From a bacterium (GTDB lineage: Bacteria; Zhuqueibacterota; Zhuqueibacteria; Residuimicrobiales; Krinioviventaceae), in assembly GCA_963674595.2 (NCBI GenBank), contig CAXXFV010000014.1, positions 1 to 64,000 on the forward strand: DNA of 64,000 nucleotides, written 5' to 3'. The translations under genes were made by a program, and so were the position numbers. The notes below the pieces were generated by a model. That model worked only from the letters and a program-made list of their open reading frames with translations, was not told where the DNA came from and did no database searches. Positions 63,534 through 64,000 of this stretch are shown here, in pieces (the first letter of the stretch is position 1; the number at the start of each line of letters is the position of its first letter).

Positions 63534-64000
63534 ATGAAAATTATGAAAACAAGCTTTATCATACTGTTTATTGTTTTCGGATACAGTTTGTCATTTGCTG
63601 CTCCTGAAAACAAAAAAACAGAATCTTTTGAAAACCATCAAATATCTTATAAAAAAATAGAGAATATTGTTTCTGCGACAAATCAAAAAATTATGACCCC
63701 CCAAACCATACATATCGTCTTTCCGGACACATCTCTGGAAAAAGTCGTCAGACAGGTCTTAGGAAAGCCAACCGGAGATATTCTTGAAACAGATATGGAA
63801 TCTATCATTTCTTTAAATGCTGAAGGTAAAGGCATTTATGATTTAACAGGGCTGGAGTACGCCGTTAATATGTCCGAGCTGAATCTTTCGAATAACCAAA
63901 TAAGCGACATCTCCTCTTTACAATACATGCCCGGTTTGACACAACTCTATATTTATAACAATAAAATTGCCGATATATCACCTATTGCCAATCTAACAAA
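63534..64000 (+). CDS. Secreted leucine-rich-repeat (internalin-like) protein, truncated by the window end
   Basis: Signal peptide, FPDTSLEKVVR cap, DLTGLEYA, LNLSNNQISDISSL repeats; GAGAGG RBS; not in the supplied ORF track. Confidence 0.85.
   Translation, partial: MKIMKTSFIILFIVFGYSLSFAAPENKKTESFENHQISYKKIENIVSATNQKIMTPQTIHIVFPDTSLEKVVRQVLGKPTGDILETDMESIISLNAEGKGIYDLTGLEYAVNMSELNLSNNQISDISSLQYMPGLTQLYIYNNKIADISPIANLT

Noticed and set aside
1-64000. CRISPR arrays, tRNA/rRNA genes, IS elements, prophage or defence islands
   Set aside because: No spaced direct repeats, cloverleafs, transposases or phage/defence genes were recognised.

Overview
A 64-kb AT-rich bacterial chromosomal segment. 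An FCB-group lineage such as KSB1 or Calditrichota is inferred from the NYPNP-type C-terminal sorting domain, the Bacteroidota-like SecA segments and the archaeal-type ProRS. Most of the window is housekeeping or metabolic: era, proS, hprK/PTS, hpf, xerC, smg, secA, nusB, recJ, RNase P RNA, recQ, SOD, exbBD-tonB, a polyamine operon, saccharopine-pathway genes and rlmN. No CRISPR array, rRNA, tRNA, transposase or prophage was seen. Three things stand out. (1) A 2089-aa SecA, about twice normal size, keeps all its motor motifs but appears to have tandemly amplified its preprotein cross-linking region (about 9 motif copies) and its helical wing domain (about 6 copies). (2) Two genes downstream, an uninterrupted topoisomerase IA homologue in the smg-topA-xerC position has lost its Toprim acidic residues and catalytic Tyr but keeps four Zn ribbons. 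(3) A five-gene operon encodes a giant TPR protein, an apparently plug-less TonB-receptor-like barrel and ExbB-ExbD-TonB. Six single-base +1 frameshifts (one at 3.1 kb, five at 58.7-63.0 kb) are probably assembly errors. All calls are from motif recognition by eye; no searches were run.
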